This document shows, in pieces, positions 8,211 to 18,557 of a DNA stretch of 64,000 nucleotides. The stretch spans positions 224,001 through 288,000 of the forward strand of contig CAWJCS010000004.1 in NCBI GenBank assembly GCA_963841435.1. Reading direction: 5' to 3'. This stretch comes from an uncultured delta proteobacterium. GTDB lineage: Bacteria; Myxococcota_A; Polyangia; Polyangiales; Polyangiaceae. The notes under the pieces are model-generated. The model was not told where the DNA came from, made no database searches, and was given only the letters and a program-made list of their open reading frames with translations. The translations under genes and the position numbers were made by a program. Position 1 is the first letter of the stretch. Each line of letters starts with the position of its first letter.

Positions 8211-8594
8211 ATGCCCGTCACGGAGATGAACCACTTCACGGTCCTGACCGACGATCTCGAGGCGACGCTCGCCTTCTACGTCGGGCTGCTCGAGCTCGAG
8301 CCGGGGCCGCGGCCGTCGCTCGGCTTTCCGGGGGCGTGGCTCTACGCAGGCGGGCGTGCCGTGCTTCACGTCATCGCGGGCCGGCCGCTGCCGAACGAGC
8401 CGCGCGGCGTGCTCGATCACATGGCGTTCAGCGGACGCGACCTCGCCGGGCTCGTGGCGCGCCTCGATGCTGCGGCCGTGAGCTACCGGCTCGGACGCCA
8501 GCCCGACACGGGCGTTTGGCAGCTCTTCGTCGAGGACCCGAGCGGCGCGAAGGTCGAGCTCGACTTCGACCCGAACGAGGAGCTCCCGCGCTAG
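8211..8594 (+). CDS. VOC (glyoxalase/bleomycin resistance) family protein
   Basis: NHFTVLTDDL..FY..LL, GAWLY, DHMAF, QLFVEDPSGAKVEL. Confidence 0.92.
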   Translation: MPVTEMNHFTVLTDDLEATLAFYVGLLELEPGPRPSLGFPGAWLYAGGRAVLHVIAGRPLPNEPRGVLDHMAFSGRDLAGLVARLDAAAVSYRLGRQPDTGVWQLFVEDPSGAKVELDFDPNEELPR

Positions 8595-8747
8595 CCCCGA
8601 GCTCTGCGACCGTGGAAGAACGGATTGCGATCGGCGCCGGCCGCAAAGACGCACGGGAAATACGGGCACGGCCGCTTGGGCGGGCCCGCGGCGCTCGGCG
8701 GGTGACGCACGTGCCCCGGGGCTGATACCGTGGCGGGCTGATCCATC

Positions 8748-11700
8748 ATGAGCCTGGCCCCGGCAGCCGTCACGATCCCGGACCGCTTCAGCATCGAGCG
8801 ACGGCTTGGCGCGGGCGCCTTCGGCACGGTCTTCGTCGTCTGGGATCGTGAGCGCGAGCAGCGGGTTGCCCTCAAGCGCCTCGAACGCGCGGATCCGGCG
8901 TCCATCTACCGCTTCAAGCAGGAGTTTCGGGCGCTTGCCGACCTCGTGCACCCGAATCTCGTGCGGCTGCACGAGCTGTTCGCGCTCGACGAAGGCTGGT
9001 GTTTTACGATGGATCTCGTCGACGGCGTGCGCTTCGACACCTGGGCACGCGGTTTCGACGAGGAGCCAGACGACCCGGGCTCCGACGGTGCCTCGCGTTC
9101 GGGGCCGCGGCGCGGCGCGTCCGTCGAAACGTTGCTCGACCTGCCGTCGCCGTCGGGCGACGGCCTCGTGCGGGCGCTGCCGGGGCGCCTGCCCTTCGAC
9201 GAGGAGCGGGCTCGGCGCGCGGCGCGCGGGCTCTTGCGCGGGGTGATCGCGCTGCACGCCGCGGGCATCCTGCACCGTGATCTCAAGCCCTCGAACGTGC
9301 TCGTGGAGCGCGACGGCCGCGTCGTGATCCTCGACTTCGGCCTCGTCGCGACGAACGTCGTCGAGAGCCACCTGAGCCTCGACGGAACGGTCGCCGGCAC
9401 GCCCGCCTACATGTCGCCGGAGCAGGCCAAGGCGCTGCCGCTCACCGCCGCGGCGGACTTCTACGCCGTCGGGGCGATGCTCTACGAAATTCTCTGCGGG
9501 CACGTGCCCTTCGCGGGCTCGATTGCCGCCATGCTCGGCGCGCGCACGCTCAAGGACGTGCCGGACCCGCGCGACGCGTGGCAAGGCTTGCCCAACGACC
9601 TCTGCGACCTTTCGCTCTCGCTCTTGCGGCGCGACCCGATGCGGCGACCGACCGCCGTCGAGCTCGTTTCGTCACTCGACCTCGAGATGGCGGCGCGCCA
9701 CGTTTCGGCACCGGCAGCGACGACGTTCGTCGGGCGCCAGGCGGAGCTCGCCGCGCTCGAACGTGCGCTGGCTCAGGCGAAGGCCGGCAAGACGGTCGTC
9801 GCGCATGTCCACGGCCCGTCGGGCTACGGCAAAACCACGCTCCTAAGACGCTTCCTCGGCGGCCTCGGAGAGAGGCACGAGGTGACCGTGTTCGAGGGGC
9901 GCTGCTACGAGCGCGAATCGGTTCCGTTCAAGGCGTTCGACGAGCTCGTCGACGCGCTCGGCCGCCATCTCGCGCGGCTCAGGCCCGTCGAGGCGGCGGC
10001 GCTCGTACCCCGCGACGCGCCGGCGCTGATCCGTCTGTTCCCCGCGCTCGGTCGGCTCGACGTCATGGCCAGCGTGCCGGGGCGGCCGGCGACGGCCGAT
10101 GCGCACGAGCTCCGCCGTCGCGCTTTCGGGGCGTTGCGCGAGATCGTCACGCGCCTCGGTGACAGCCGGACGCCGATTCTCGTCATCGACGACGCGCAAT
10201 GGGGCGATGCCGACAGTGCGAAGCTCGCGCGGCACGTGCTGGCGCCTCCCGATGCTCCGCCGCTGCTCCTGATCGTGGCCCACCGCAGCGACGGCGAAGA
10301 GGACAACGAGCTCTTGCGCACGTTGCGCTCGCCCGAGGCCTTCGACGTGGCGTGGGAAACCGTCGACGTGCCCGTCGGGCCGCTCGCCGAGCTCGACGCG
10401 CTGTCGCTCGCGGCGAGCTTGCTCGGCTCGGATGGCGCCGAGGGCGAGCAAAGCCGCGCCATCGCCGCGGAGTCGGCCGGAAGCCCGCTGTTCGTTTCCG
10501 AGCTCGCGCGGACGGCCAAGGCCGGTCGGGGCAACGCGCAGGTGGTCTCGCTGCAGCGCGTGGTTGACGAGCGCGTGGCCTCGCTCCACGACGCGGCCAA
10601 GGTCGTGCTCGAGCTGCTCGCCTGCAGCGAGCGCCCGCTGGAAGAGGGTGAGCTGCGCGCGGCCGCCGGCCTCGACGCGCAGGGGTTATCCATGGCGATC
10701 GATCGCCTGCGCGACGAGCACCTGCTCGCCGTCGCCACGCGCCGCGGCCGCACCGTGCACGCCATCCCCCACGACAAGCTTCGACTTTCGGTGCGCGCGG
10801 GCCTCGACGCCGCGCGCATCGAGCGGCATCACCTGGCGCTGGCGCGCGCGCTCCAGTCGTCGGGTGATGCGGAGCCGGAGCACCTGGCACACCACTTCCG
10901 CGCTGCCGGTGTGCGGCACGAGAGCCTGCTCTGGAACGAGCGTGCCGGCGATCAGGCCCAGGAGGCCGCGGCTTTCGAACGCGCGGTCACGCTCTACGGT
11001 TTCTCGCTCGAGCACGCCGAGGGGCTCGAGCGGCGCCGCCTCATGCAGAAGCGCGCCGTGGCGCTCGCCAACGCGGGCAGGGGGCTCGACGCCGCCGAGG
11101 CGTACCTTTCGGCCGCTGCGGCGCTAAACGGCGACGCGGCCCTCGAGCTCCGGCAGCGCGCTGCCGAGCAGTTCTTGAGGGCAGGGCACGTCGCCGACGC
11201 GCTCGCCACCTTCGGCCCCGTGCTCAAACAAGCCGACCTCGATCTGCCGAAGTCGCCCAAGACAGCGCTCGCTTCGCTGCTCATGGCGCGCGCCAGGCTG
11301 AAGCTCCGCGGCACCCGTTTCCGCGAGCGAAAGGAGGAGGACGTGCCCACGGCGAGCTTGCACCGCATCGATCTTTGTTGGTCGCTCGGCAACGGGCTCT
11401 CCGGCATCGATTTGGTGCGGAGCGCGAGCTACCACGGTTCGAGCTTGCTTCTCTCGCTCGACGCTGGCGAGCCGTACCGCGTGGCACGGGCGCTCGCGAT
11501 GCACGCCGTGATGAAGGCGCTCGAGAGCGCCGAGGGCGCACGCCACGCGGAGGAGCTCGCGGATCGCGCACACGCGCTCGCCGAGCGCACCGGTCTCGTG
11601 AGCGCGCGCGGTTGGGCCGCCGCGGCGCGCGCGATCATCGCCTGGGGCAACTCGGAATTTGCGGCGTGCGTCGCGCGTTGCGACGACGCGCAAGGGCTGC

Positions 11701-12629
11701 TGCGCGAGCGCTCTCAGGCCAATTTCCGCGAAATTGGCTCGCTCGAGGTCTGGTTCGCGCTCCATTCGCTGTTTCTCCTCGGCGAGCTCGACCGCTTCGC
11801 AGAACGCGCGCCGGCGTGCGCTCGCGAAGCCGAAGCGCGCGGCGACCGCTACACGCTCTCGACCGTGCGCGCCTACGACATGCCCGTGCTGTGGGCGATC
11901 CGTGATCGGCCCCTCGAGGGTCGCCGCGAGGCGAAGGCCGCCATCGAGCCGTGGCCCGAAGGCGTCTGGTACCACCAACATTGGGCGGCGGTGCGGGCCC
12001 ACTGCCTGCTCGACCTCTACTCCGGCGACGGCGAGAAGGCGCTCGAGCGCGCCGCCAGCGCCCGGCCGCTCATGCAGCGCGCCATGCAGCTTCGCATCCG
12101 CACGCTCCGCCTGGAGCTCAACTACCTGGAGGCGCGCGGCGCGCTCTCGGCGGCGCTCGCCGGCAACGGCGTGGTGGAGCGCACGCGCCTCGTCGAGGAA
12201 CGCGTGAAGTTGCTCGACGCCGAGCAGAGTGGCCTCGCGAGCGTCTACGCGGGCGCATTGCGGGCCGGTCTCGCCGGGCTTGCGGGAGGTCAGCCGGCGG
12301 TCGTCGCCTTCCAGCGCGTGCGCGACGCATTCCGCGCCCTGTCGATGCCGCTGCACGCCTCGGCGGCCGAGCACCGCATCGCCGAGCTCGAGGTCACGGG
12401 ACGCCCGCCCGACGACGCTCTCGACCGACTGCACGCGCACGGCGTCGTCGCGCCCGAGCGCTTCGTTCGACATGCTCTTGCCCGCGGTGCGGCCGCCGGG
12501 GAGCTGAGCCAGCCCGCGCGCGACGCGCCCGAGCGCGCTAAAAATTCCGGCGCCGCCACCTTGTTTCACGTTCGTGTCGGGGGTGGCGCCCACGCGAATC
12601 CCGTGCGATCCAACGGGCCGGCCCCGTGA
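8748..12629 (+). CDS. Ser/Thr kinase fused to a P-loop ATPase (AAA_16/STAND-like) and a helical repeat region
   Basis: GAGAFG, VALK, HRDLKPSN, DFG, GTPAYMSPE; Walker A GPSGYGKT, Walker B LVIDDAQW. True stop is probably 12507 (extra T at 12466-12467). Confidence 0.92.
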   Translation: MSLAPAAVTIPDRFSIERRLGAGAFGTVFVVWDREREQRVALKRLERADPASIYRFKQEFRALADLVHPNLVRLHELFALDEGWCFTMDLVDGVRFDTWARGFDEEPDDPGSDGASRSGPRRGASVETLLDLPSPSGDGLVRALPGRLPFDEERARRAARGLLRGVIALHAAGILHRDLKPSNVLVERDGRVVILDFGLVATNVVESHLSLDGTVAGTPAYMSPEQAKALPLTAAADFYAVGAMLYEILCGHVPFAGSIAAMLGARTLKDVPDPRDAWQGLPNDLCDLSLSLLRRDPMRRPTAVELVSSLDLEMAARHVSAPAATTFVGRQAELAALERALAQAKAGKTVVAHVHGPSGYGKTTLLRRFLGGLGERHEVTVFEGRCYERESVPFKAFDELVDALGRHLARLRPVEAAALVPRDAPALIRLFPALGRLDVMASVPGRPATADAHELRRRAFGALREIVTRLGDSRTPILVIDDAQWGDADSAKLARHVLAPPDAPPLLLIVAHRSDGEEDNELLRTLRSPEAFDVAWETVDVPVGPLAELDALSLAASLLGSDGAEGEQSRAIAAESAGSPLFVSELARTAKAGRGNAQVVSLQRVVDERVASLHDAAKVVLELLACSERPLEEGELRAAAGLDAQGLSMAIDRLRDEHLLAVATRRGRTVHAIPHDKLRLSVRAGLDAARIERHHLALARALQSSGDAEPEHLAHHFRAAGVRHESLLWNERAGDQAQEAAAFERAVTLYGFSLEHAEGLERRRLMQKRAVALANAGRGLDAAEAYLSAAAALNGDAALELRQRAAEQFLRAGHVADALATFGPVLKQADLDLPKSPKTALASLLMARARLKLRGTRFRERKEEDVPTASLHRIDLCWSLGNGLSGIDLVRSASYHGSSLLLSLDAGEPYRVARALAMHAVMKALESAEGARHAEELADRAHALAERTGLVSARGWAAAARAIIAWGNSEFAACVARCDDAQGLLRERSQANFREIGSLEVWFALHSLFLLGELDRFAERAPACAREAEARGDRYTLSTVRAYDMPVLWAIRDRPLEGRREAKAAIEPWPEGVWYHQHWAAVRAHCLLDLYSGDGEKALERAASARPLMQRAMQLRIRTLRLELNYLEARGALSAALAGNGVVERTRLVEERVKLLDAEQSGLASVYAGALRAGLAGLAGGQPAVVAFQRVRDAFRALSMPLHASAAEHRIAELEVTGRPPDDALDRLHAHGVVAPERFVRHALARGAAAGELSQPARDAPERAKNSGAATLFHVRVGGGAHANPVRSNGPAP

Positions 12630-13712
12630 AGCTCCCGCTCGCGCTCGCTCCGCTCGTGATTTCCCTAGCGTGTGGTCGGTCGAGCCTCGACGACCTCCTG
12701 CTCGACGCGTCCGGTGCGGGCGGCGGCGGCTTCGGTGGTAGCTCGGGCCGCGGCGTGGGCGCGAGCGGCGGTGACGGCAATGCTCCGAGTCAGGGCGGGG
12801 ACGCCGGAGGCTCACGCGGCGGCACGTCGGGTGCTTCGGTCGGCGGGGCGTCGGGTGCTTCGGTCGGCGGCGGGTCCGGAGTGGGCGGCGCCGCGGCGGG
12901 TGCGGGCGGAATCGGCGGCGCAAGCGGTGCGAGCGGCGCGGGGCGCGGTGCGGAGGCGGGCGCTGCCGGGCGACCGGACGCGCGCTGCGGCGACGGCAGC
13001 GTCGATCCGGGTGAAAGCTGCGACCCGGGCTCCGACCCAGCACCTTTTGCCCTCGAGATCCGCCAGGGCGACCTGCGCGTCGAGGTGCTCCCGCTCGTGG
13101 GCCCGAGCTCCGCCACCGACTTTTATGCCTACCGCTCGGCGAGCGCGCACACGGGGTTCGAGGCCGTCGGCGCGAGCCGGATTTACCTTTATCGTTGGAG
13201 TGCCGAGCAGGCGCTGAGCCTCGTCATGCACCACGGCATCGACGCCGGCTCGGGCGTTGCTCAGCCCGAGTCGTCGGTGATCTTCGGGATTCAAGGGTCT
13301 GCCTAGCACGGGTGTCGTCGCCGTCTCCGACGATCGCAACGAGCTCGTGCGCGACACCCCGAGCTCCGCGGTCGGTGACTGGGGATTCGACAACAACTCG
13401 GACGGCGGCGTGATCGGTGGTCTGCCCTGGCCCGGCAGCTTCCACCTCGTCGTCCAAGCGTCGTTCCTCGCGGGCATCACCGACTGGAGCTACCTGTCCG
13501 GTACGGGCAACCCCGATGTCGGCGTCGCACAAAGCTACGCGCTCGACCCCTCCCAGCCGCTCGAAATCATCGCCTCGGGCGATGCCGTCGAGTGTCGCGC
13601 CGACTGCACGCTCCCCACGTGCGGCGACGGGCACCTCGATCCAGGCGAGGTGTGCGACGACGGCAACGATGCACCGGGGGACGGCTGCGTCAGCTGCCTG
13701 CCGGAGCCTTGA
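12626..13712 (+). CDS. Lipoprotein with Gly-rich linker and myxococcal Cys-rich repeats (DUF4215-like); frameshift near 13295
   Basis: Lipobox SLAC; CGDGSVDPGESCD and CGDGHLDPGEVCDDGN..GDGC repeats; two ORFs join if one G is removed at 13295-13297. Confidence 0.8.
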
Positions 13713-13785
13713 GCGGGACCTCCGAGTAGGGTACCGCCCGCGCCGGTTGAGCCGCCGCGGTATGCGGCGTAGATTCGCGCTCCCT

Positions 13786-14244
13786 ATGAAGAACGCCCCG
13801 AACGGCCGCACCGTCGTCTACACCGACGGTGCCTGCAGCGGTAACCCCGGTCCCGGCGGTTGGGCGTGGGCCGCGCAGAAGGGCCCCTTCGCGAGCGGAG
13901 CGGAGCGCCACACGACGAACCAACGCATGGAGGTGACCGCGGCCTTCGAAGCGCTGAAGACGCTCGAAGGAGCCCTCGAGATCGTGAGCGACTCGACCTA
14001 CGTCGTGAACTGCTTCAACCAGCGCTGGTACGCGGGGTGGCTCAAGAAGGGTTGGCGCAACAGCCAGAACAAACCGGTGGCGAACCGCAATCTGTGGGAG
14101 CCCTTCATCGAGCTCGCTCTCGAGCGTCAGGCGCAGTTTCGCTGGGTCAAGGGTCACGGTACCGATCCGATGAACCAGCTCGTCGACGAGCTCGCCGTGC
14201 GCGCCTCGCAGCTCGGCCGCGGCGAGAGCGGTTCACGGAGTTAG
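13786..14244 (+). CDS. rnhA: Ribonuclease HI
   Basis: YTDGACSGNPGPGGW, TTNQRME, SDSTYV, WVKGH, NQLVDELA. Confidence 0.95.
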   Translation: MKNAPNGRTVVYTDGACSGNPGPGGWAWAAQKGPFASGAERHTTNQRMEVTAAFEALKTLEGALEIVSDSTYVVNCFNQRWYAGWLKKGWRNSQNKPVANRNLWEPFIELALERQAQFRWVKGHGTDPMNQLVDELAVRASQLGRGESGSRS

Positions 14245-14254
14245 GCGGGGCGGC

Positions 14255-14875
14255 ATGGCCGAGCGCGCCTTCCTCGAGCCGGACGCCAAGCGGCGCGCCA
14301 CCGCCGCCGTGCGTGCCGTCGAAGCGGGGACCTCTGTCGAGCTCGTCATCGCCGTTCGTCGCAGGGCCGACCGGCACCTCGTGACGAGCATCGCGGCGGG
14401 CGTCGCTTGCGCGGTCGTCGTCTTCGCGCTCATGTGGTTTAGCCCGCAGGTCTACGACATCGACACGATGCCGCTCGACGCGCTTTTGGGCGGGCTCCTC
14501 GGCGGGCTCGCGACGGCGTTCGTACCGGGCCTCCGGCGCCTGCTCACGCCACGCGCGCGCCGACGGGCTGCGACCGAGCGGGCCGCGCGCCGCGCCTTCG
14601 AGGAGCTCGGCGTCGCGAAGACGCGCGATCGTACGGGGCTTTTGCTCTACGTTGCCCTCTTCGAGCGCAGCGTCGTGCTGGTGGCCGACGAAGGGCTGCC
14701 GCGCTCCCTCGTCGAGCAAGACTTCCAGAAAGCGAGGGAGGCGCTCGAAGCCGCCGTGGCGCGCCTCGACGTGAGCGCGTTCCTCGAGGCCGTGGCGGCG
14801 CTTGGTCCGCCCGCGGCGGGGGCCCTGCCCAGAAAGCCCGACGACGAGAACGAGCTGTGCGACAACGTCGCCTGA
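14255..14875 (+). CDS. TPM-domain (DUF477-like) membrane protein
   Basis: AVRAVEAGTSVELV, two TM helices, TRDRTGLLLYV, ADEGL, C-terminal DENELCD. Confidence 0.8.
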   Translation: MAERAFLEPDAKRRATAAVRAVEAGTSVELVIAVRRRADRHLVTSIAAGVACAVVVFALMWFSPQVYDIDTMPLDALLGGLLGGLATAFVPGLRRLLTPRARRRAATERAARRAFEELGVAKTRDRTGLLLYVALFERSVVLVADEGLPRSLVEQDFQKAREALEAAVARLDVSAFLEAVAALGPPAAGALPRKPDDENELCDNVA

Positions 14876-14886
14876 ACCTAGCCGGG

Positions 14887-16374
14887 ATGCGGCTGCGCTC
14901 GTCGCCGCTCGTCGCCGCGCTCGTTCTCGTCGCCTGTTGCCTGCTCGCGACGGTCGCGCTCGCGCGACCCGGCGGCGGTCAGGCCTTCGGCGGCGGCACC
15001 CCGCACTCCTCGGGCCACGGCGGGGGCGGGGGCGGCAACGTCAACATCGGCCTCGTCATCGAGCTCGTGATCCTTTGCTTTCGCTACCCGCCGCTCGGGG
15101 GCGCCGTCGTACTCGTGGTCGTCGGCTACGCCGTCGTGCAGCGGCTCGGGCGCGGCAAGCTCACCGACTGGTCGGTGGGCGCGCCCGAGACCCGCGTGCG
15201 CTCGACGCGCCACGCCACCGTGGCCCGCAGCGCCCTCAATCGGCTCCGGCAAAGCGACCCCGCGTTTTCGGTCGTGCTGCTCGAGGACTTCGTCTACGCG
15301 CTCTACGCAGAGCTCCAGGTCCGCCGGCCGCACGGTGGCCTCCGCGCGATCGAGGCGTTCGTCGCACCCGAGGTTGCGACCGCTCTCGCCGATCCCTCGC
15401 TGGAAGCGGTCACGGGCGTCATCGTGGGCGCGCTCCGCTTCACGAGCTTCACGGCGCAGGGTGACTGGGTCGTGCTCGGCGTCGAGCTCGAGGTGAATCT
15501 CGGTGAGGCACGCGGCGGGCAGACCTCGCGCTACTACGCGGTCGATCGCCTAGTGCTCGTCCGCGCGGCCGGGGCGCGCTCACGCCCGCCCGCGCGCGCC
15601 AGAAAGCTCGACTGCGCGAACTGCGGCGCGCCGCTCGAGTCGCTGCGCGGAACGCGTTGCGCCTATTGCCAAAACGAGGTGGGCGGCGGCCGCCTCGACT
15701 GGCTCGTGCGCGAAGTGCATCGTCTGCACACCGAGGCGCGCCCGCCGCTCGTCACGGGCAACGTCGAGGAGCGCGGCAACGAGCTCCCGACGCTCCGGGA
15801 CCCCGGCGCCGAGCAGCGTCTCGGCGAGCTTGCCAGCCGCGACCCGGGATTTTCGCGCGACGCCCTGTTCGCCCGCATCGGGCTCGTGTTCTCGGAGCTT
15901 CAGCGTGGCTGGTCCACTCGCAATCTCGCCCCCGTCCGCCCCTACGTCACGGACAACCTCTTTCAGTACTTCGGCTACTGGGTCAACGTGTATCAGCAAG
16001 CGCGCGCTCGCAACGTCACCGAGAACGCTCGCATCCTGCGGCTCGAGCTCGCGAACGTCCTCACCGACACGTATTACGACGCCGTCACCGTGCGCCTCTT
16101 CGCCACGGGGCTCGACTACACGCTCTCCGACGACGATGGCCGGGTGCTCTCCGGCAGCCGTCGCCGCGAGCGGGCCTACAGCGAGTACTGGACGCTCGTG
16201 CGGGGTCGCGGCGCCAAGGGCCCTGCCCGCACGACGCCGAGCTGCCCGAGCTGCGGCGCGCCGCTCAAGATCGCCATGGCGGGCAACTGCGAGTATTGCC
16301 ACGCGCGCGTCGTCAGCGGCGAGTTCGATTGGGTGCTCTCGCGCATCGAGCAGGACGAGGTTTACGGGGGCTGA
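14887..16374 (+). CDS. Tim44-like domain protein with two zinc ribbons
   Basis: Signal peptide ending ARPGGG, TM helix, two DPxFS-initiated repeats, YSEYWTL, CxxCGAP-x7-8-CxYC twice. Confidence 0.8.
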   Translation: MRLRSSPLVAALVLVACCLLATVALARPGGGQAFGGGTPHSSGHGGGGGGNVNIGLVIELVILCFRYPPLGGAVVLVVVGYAVVQRLGRGKLTDWSVGAPETRVRSTRHATVARSALNRLRQSDPAFSVVLLEDFVYALYAELQVRRPHGGLRAIEAFVAPEVATALADPSLEAVTGVIVGALRFTSFTAQGDWVVLGVELEVNLGEARGGQTSRYYAVDRLVLVRAAGARSRPPARARKLDCANCGAPLESLRGTRCAYCQNEVGGGRLDWLVREVHRLHTEARPPLVTGNVEERGNELPTLRDPGAEQRLGELASRDPGFSRDALFARIGLVFSELQRGWSTRNLAPVRPYVTDNLFQYFGYWVNVYQQARARNVTENARILRLELANVLTDTYYDAVTVRLFATGLDYTLSDDDGRVLSGSRRRERAYSEYWTLVRGRGAKGPARTTPSCPSCGAPLKIAMAGNCEYCHARVVSGEFDWVLSRIEQDEVYGG

Positions 16375-18056
16375 CCGGCCGAGCGCGGCTCGTTGGTGCT
16401 CGACCGCGTGTCCGGCGATCCCTCCGGCTCGGTCGTGCGCTCGCTCGGCACGATCACCGTGTCGGGTTCGAGCGGCCTTTCGCGCCGCCACCAGAGCGAC
16501 GCTCGCTCGGTTGTCCAGGGCGGCTCGAAGTGGATCGCCAGGAGCCGTTCGGCAAGCTCCCGCGCCGTTTGCGGACGCTTGTCGGGGTTCTTCTCGAGGC
16601 AAGTCATGATGAGGGCTTCGAGCTCGGCGTGGATGGGCTTGCCGACGCGGGCCGACGGTGAAAGCGGCTTCTGGTGCGCGTGCATCACGAGCATGTCGTG
16701 GCGCGTTGCCGCCTCGAACACGCGCTTTCCCGTGAGCAACCAGTAGCCGACGCAGCCGACGGCGTAGAGGTCGGCGCGCGCGTCGACGGGGGCCTGAAAG
16801 CGCACCATCTCGGGTGCCATGATCGCGGGCGTGCCGACGAAGCGCTGCTCGTCCTCGAGCTCCGCGGCCGTCGGGTGCCGGTCGAGCACGAGACCGAAGT
16901 CGAGCACCTTTACGAAATCGGCGTCGCCGCCCTGCAAGCAGGTAAACACGTTGGCCGGCTTCACGTCGCGGTGGACGAAGTCGTGGTCGTGCGCTTCGGC
17001 GAGCGAGTGACACACCTGCCGCAACAGGAATGCCGTCCGTTCCGCGTTTTGCGGGCCGAAACGCTCGACGAGCGTCTTCAAATCGACGCCGTTCAAGAGC
17101 TCCATCACGTAATAGAAGGCTCCCTCGCGCGTGATACCGAAGTCGTAGACCTGAATCGTGTGCGGTGACCGGAGTGACGCCGTCGTGCGTGCCTCGCGCA
17201 GGAAAAGCCGGAGCAGGCGCTCCGCCTCGCGGTTCCCGTGCTCGAGGACTTCCGGGCGAATCAGCTTCACGGCGGCGGGGGACGCCAGCATGAGATGGTT
17301 GGCGCGCCAGACTTCGGCCATGCCGCCCGTGCCGAGCCGCTCGACCAGCTCGTAACTGCCGATCTCGCGGGCTCGCTCGGCGCCCTCGCTGAGCCGGTGC
17401 ACGACGACCGAGATGCGGTGCGCGAGCAGCGCGGCCGCGAACGGCGACGCCGCCGAGAGCAAGAAGACGCCTGGCGAAGGCGACGGCCCGCCAACGTTCG
17501 ACGCGTAGAGCGACAACGGGTCCATCGCAGCCGCCAAGAGCAGCGTCGCGACCGAACCGCGCGGGGTCGCGGGGATCAGCGCACCGAACGCCAGGATGGG
17601 CACGACCGCCGGCGACACCTGGCGCAGCAGCTCGAACGCATTCCACGGCAACGCGTGGCGCATCACGGCAATGAGCAAACAAAGCAGCACGAGGTAAGCG
17701 CTGCCCAGATCGTGCACGTGTTGACGGCGCAGCCGCTCGGAGCGCGCTGCGGCGTACACCGCGGCGCTCGAAACCACGGCGAGCACGAGTGCGAGCCGGA
17801 AGCGGGGGAACGCCACCGACCAGGGCGGCGCGGTTCGGTCCGCAAAGGCAAACAGCGCGCCGAGGGCCGCGAGCAAGAGCAGCCCTGCGAGCCCCGCGAT
17901 GCCGCCGAGTCGCTCGACGCCCGACGCGAGCAGCTCGCTCCGGAGCTCACGATTGGCGGCTGCACGCACCGCCTCCCGCTCGTCCCAGCCTCGCCCGCTC
18001 GGCTCGAGCCGGATGCTCCGCGGTGCGGCCGCTGGGATCGAGCCGGGCGCGCCCAT
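16362..18056 (-). CDS. Membrane-bound Ser/Thr protein kinase
   Basis: Several N-terminal TM helices; GTGGMA, AAVK, HRDVKPAN, DFG, GTPAIMAPE. Confidence 0.93.
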   Translation of the reverse strand: MGAPGSIPAAAPRSIRLEPSGRGWDEREAVRAAANRELRSELLASGVERLGGIAGLAGLLLLAALGALFAFADRTAPPWSVAFPRFRLALVLAVVSSAAVYAAARSERLRRQHVHDLGSAYLVLLCLLIAVMRHALPWNAFELLRQVSPAVVPILAFGALIPATPRGSVATLLLAAAMDPLSLYASNVGGPSPSPGVFLLSAASPFAAALLAHRISVVVHRLSEGAERAREIGSYELVERLGTGGMAEVWRANHLMLASPAAVKLIRPEVLEHGNREAERLLRLFLREARTTASLRSPHTIQVYDFGITREGAFYYVMELLNGVDLKTLVERFGPQNAERTAFLLRQVCHSLAEAHDHDFVHRDVKPANVFTCLQGGDADFVKVLDFGLVLDRHPTAAELEDEQRFVGTPAIMAPEMVRFQAPVDARADLYAVGCVGYWLLTGKRVFEAATRHDMLVMHAHQKPLSPSARVGKPIHAELEALIMTCLEKNPDKRPQTARELAERLLAIHFEPPWTTERASLWWRRERPLEPDTVIVPSERTTEPEGSPDTRSSTNEPRSAGQPP

Positions 18057-18134
18057 CGGTCGAGCATAGTGCCGATCGACGCTTCTCGCCCCTCGTCGGG
18101 TGAGACCCCGAGCGAAGAGCGCGTCCCGCGACGC

Positions 18135-18377
18135 TCAGGCCGCGCGGTCCGGGCGCTCGACGACGCGCAGCGGGCGCGAGCTACGGACGCTCGCGTCGGG
18201 CTCGGAGCAGGCTTCCCCGAGCTCTGTCCTCACGATCGACTCGACGGCGGGCAGGCAACCTCCGCAGCACGAGCCGGCTCCCGTGACGCCGATGACGGCG
18301 CTGCCGTCGAGGGCACCCCCTCTGACGGCGTCGCGAATGGCACGGTCCGAAACGGCGCGGCAGTGACAGACGATCAT
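18135..18377 (-). CDS. bfd: Bacterioferritin-associated ferredoxin ([2Fe-2S])
   Basis: MIVCHC...GAGSCCGGC; divergent from bfr. Confidence 0.9.
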   Translation of the reverse strand: MIVCHCRAVSDRAIRDAVRGGALDGSAVIGVTGAGSCCGGCLPAVESIVRTELGEACSEPDASVRSSRPLRVVERPDRAA

Positions 18378-18390
18378 CGTGCTCCCTCAG

Positions 18391-18419
18391 AGCCTAGCCT
18401 AGATGAAAAGGACTTTCAA
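18391..18419 (-). promoter_or_regulatory. sigma70-type bfd promoter overlapped by a Fur-like box
   Basis: Minus strand TTGAAA-N17-TAGGCT; 7-1-7-like TGAAAAG-G-ACTTTCA at 18404-18418. Confidence 0.75.
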
Positions 18420-18557
18420 TATCAGTAGCAAGAGGCCAAAATTTCTGGGTCGGCCGGTGGGCCGCTGGCTGGCCGGGGGGCACGCGGTCCCGACCGCCCG
18501 CGACGACCAACACCTTCGAGCGAGGGGCCCGGGCAGACTTCGGCCTACACTCCGTCC

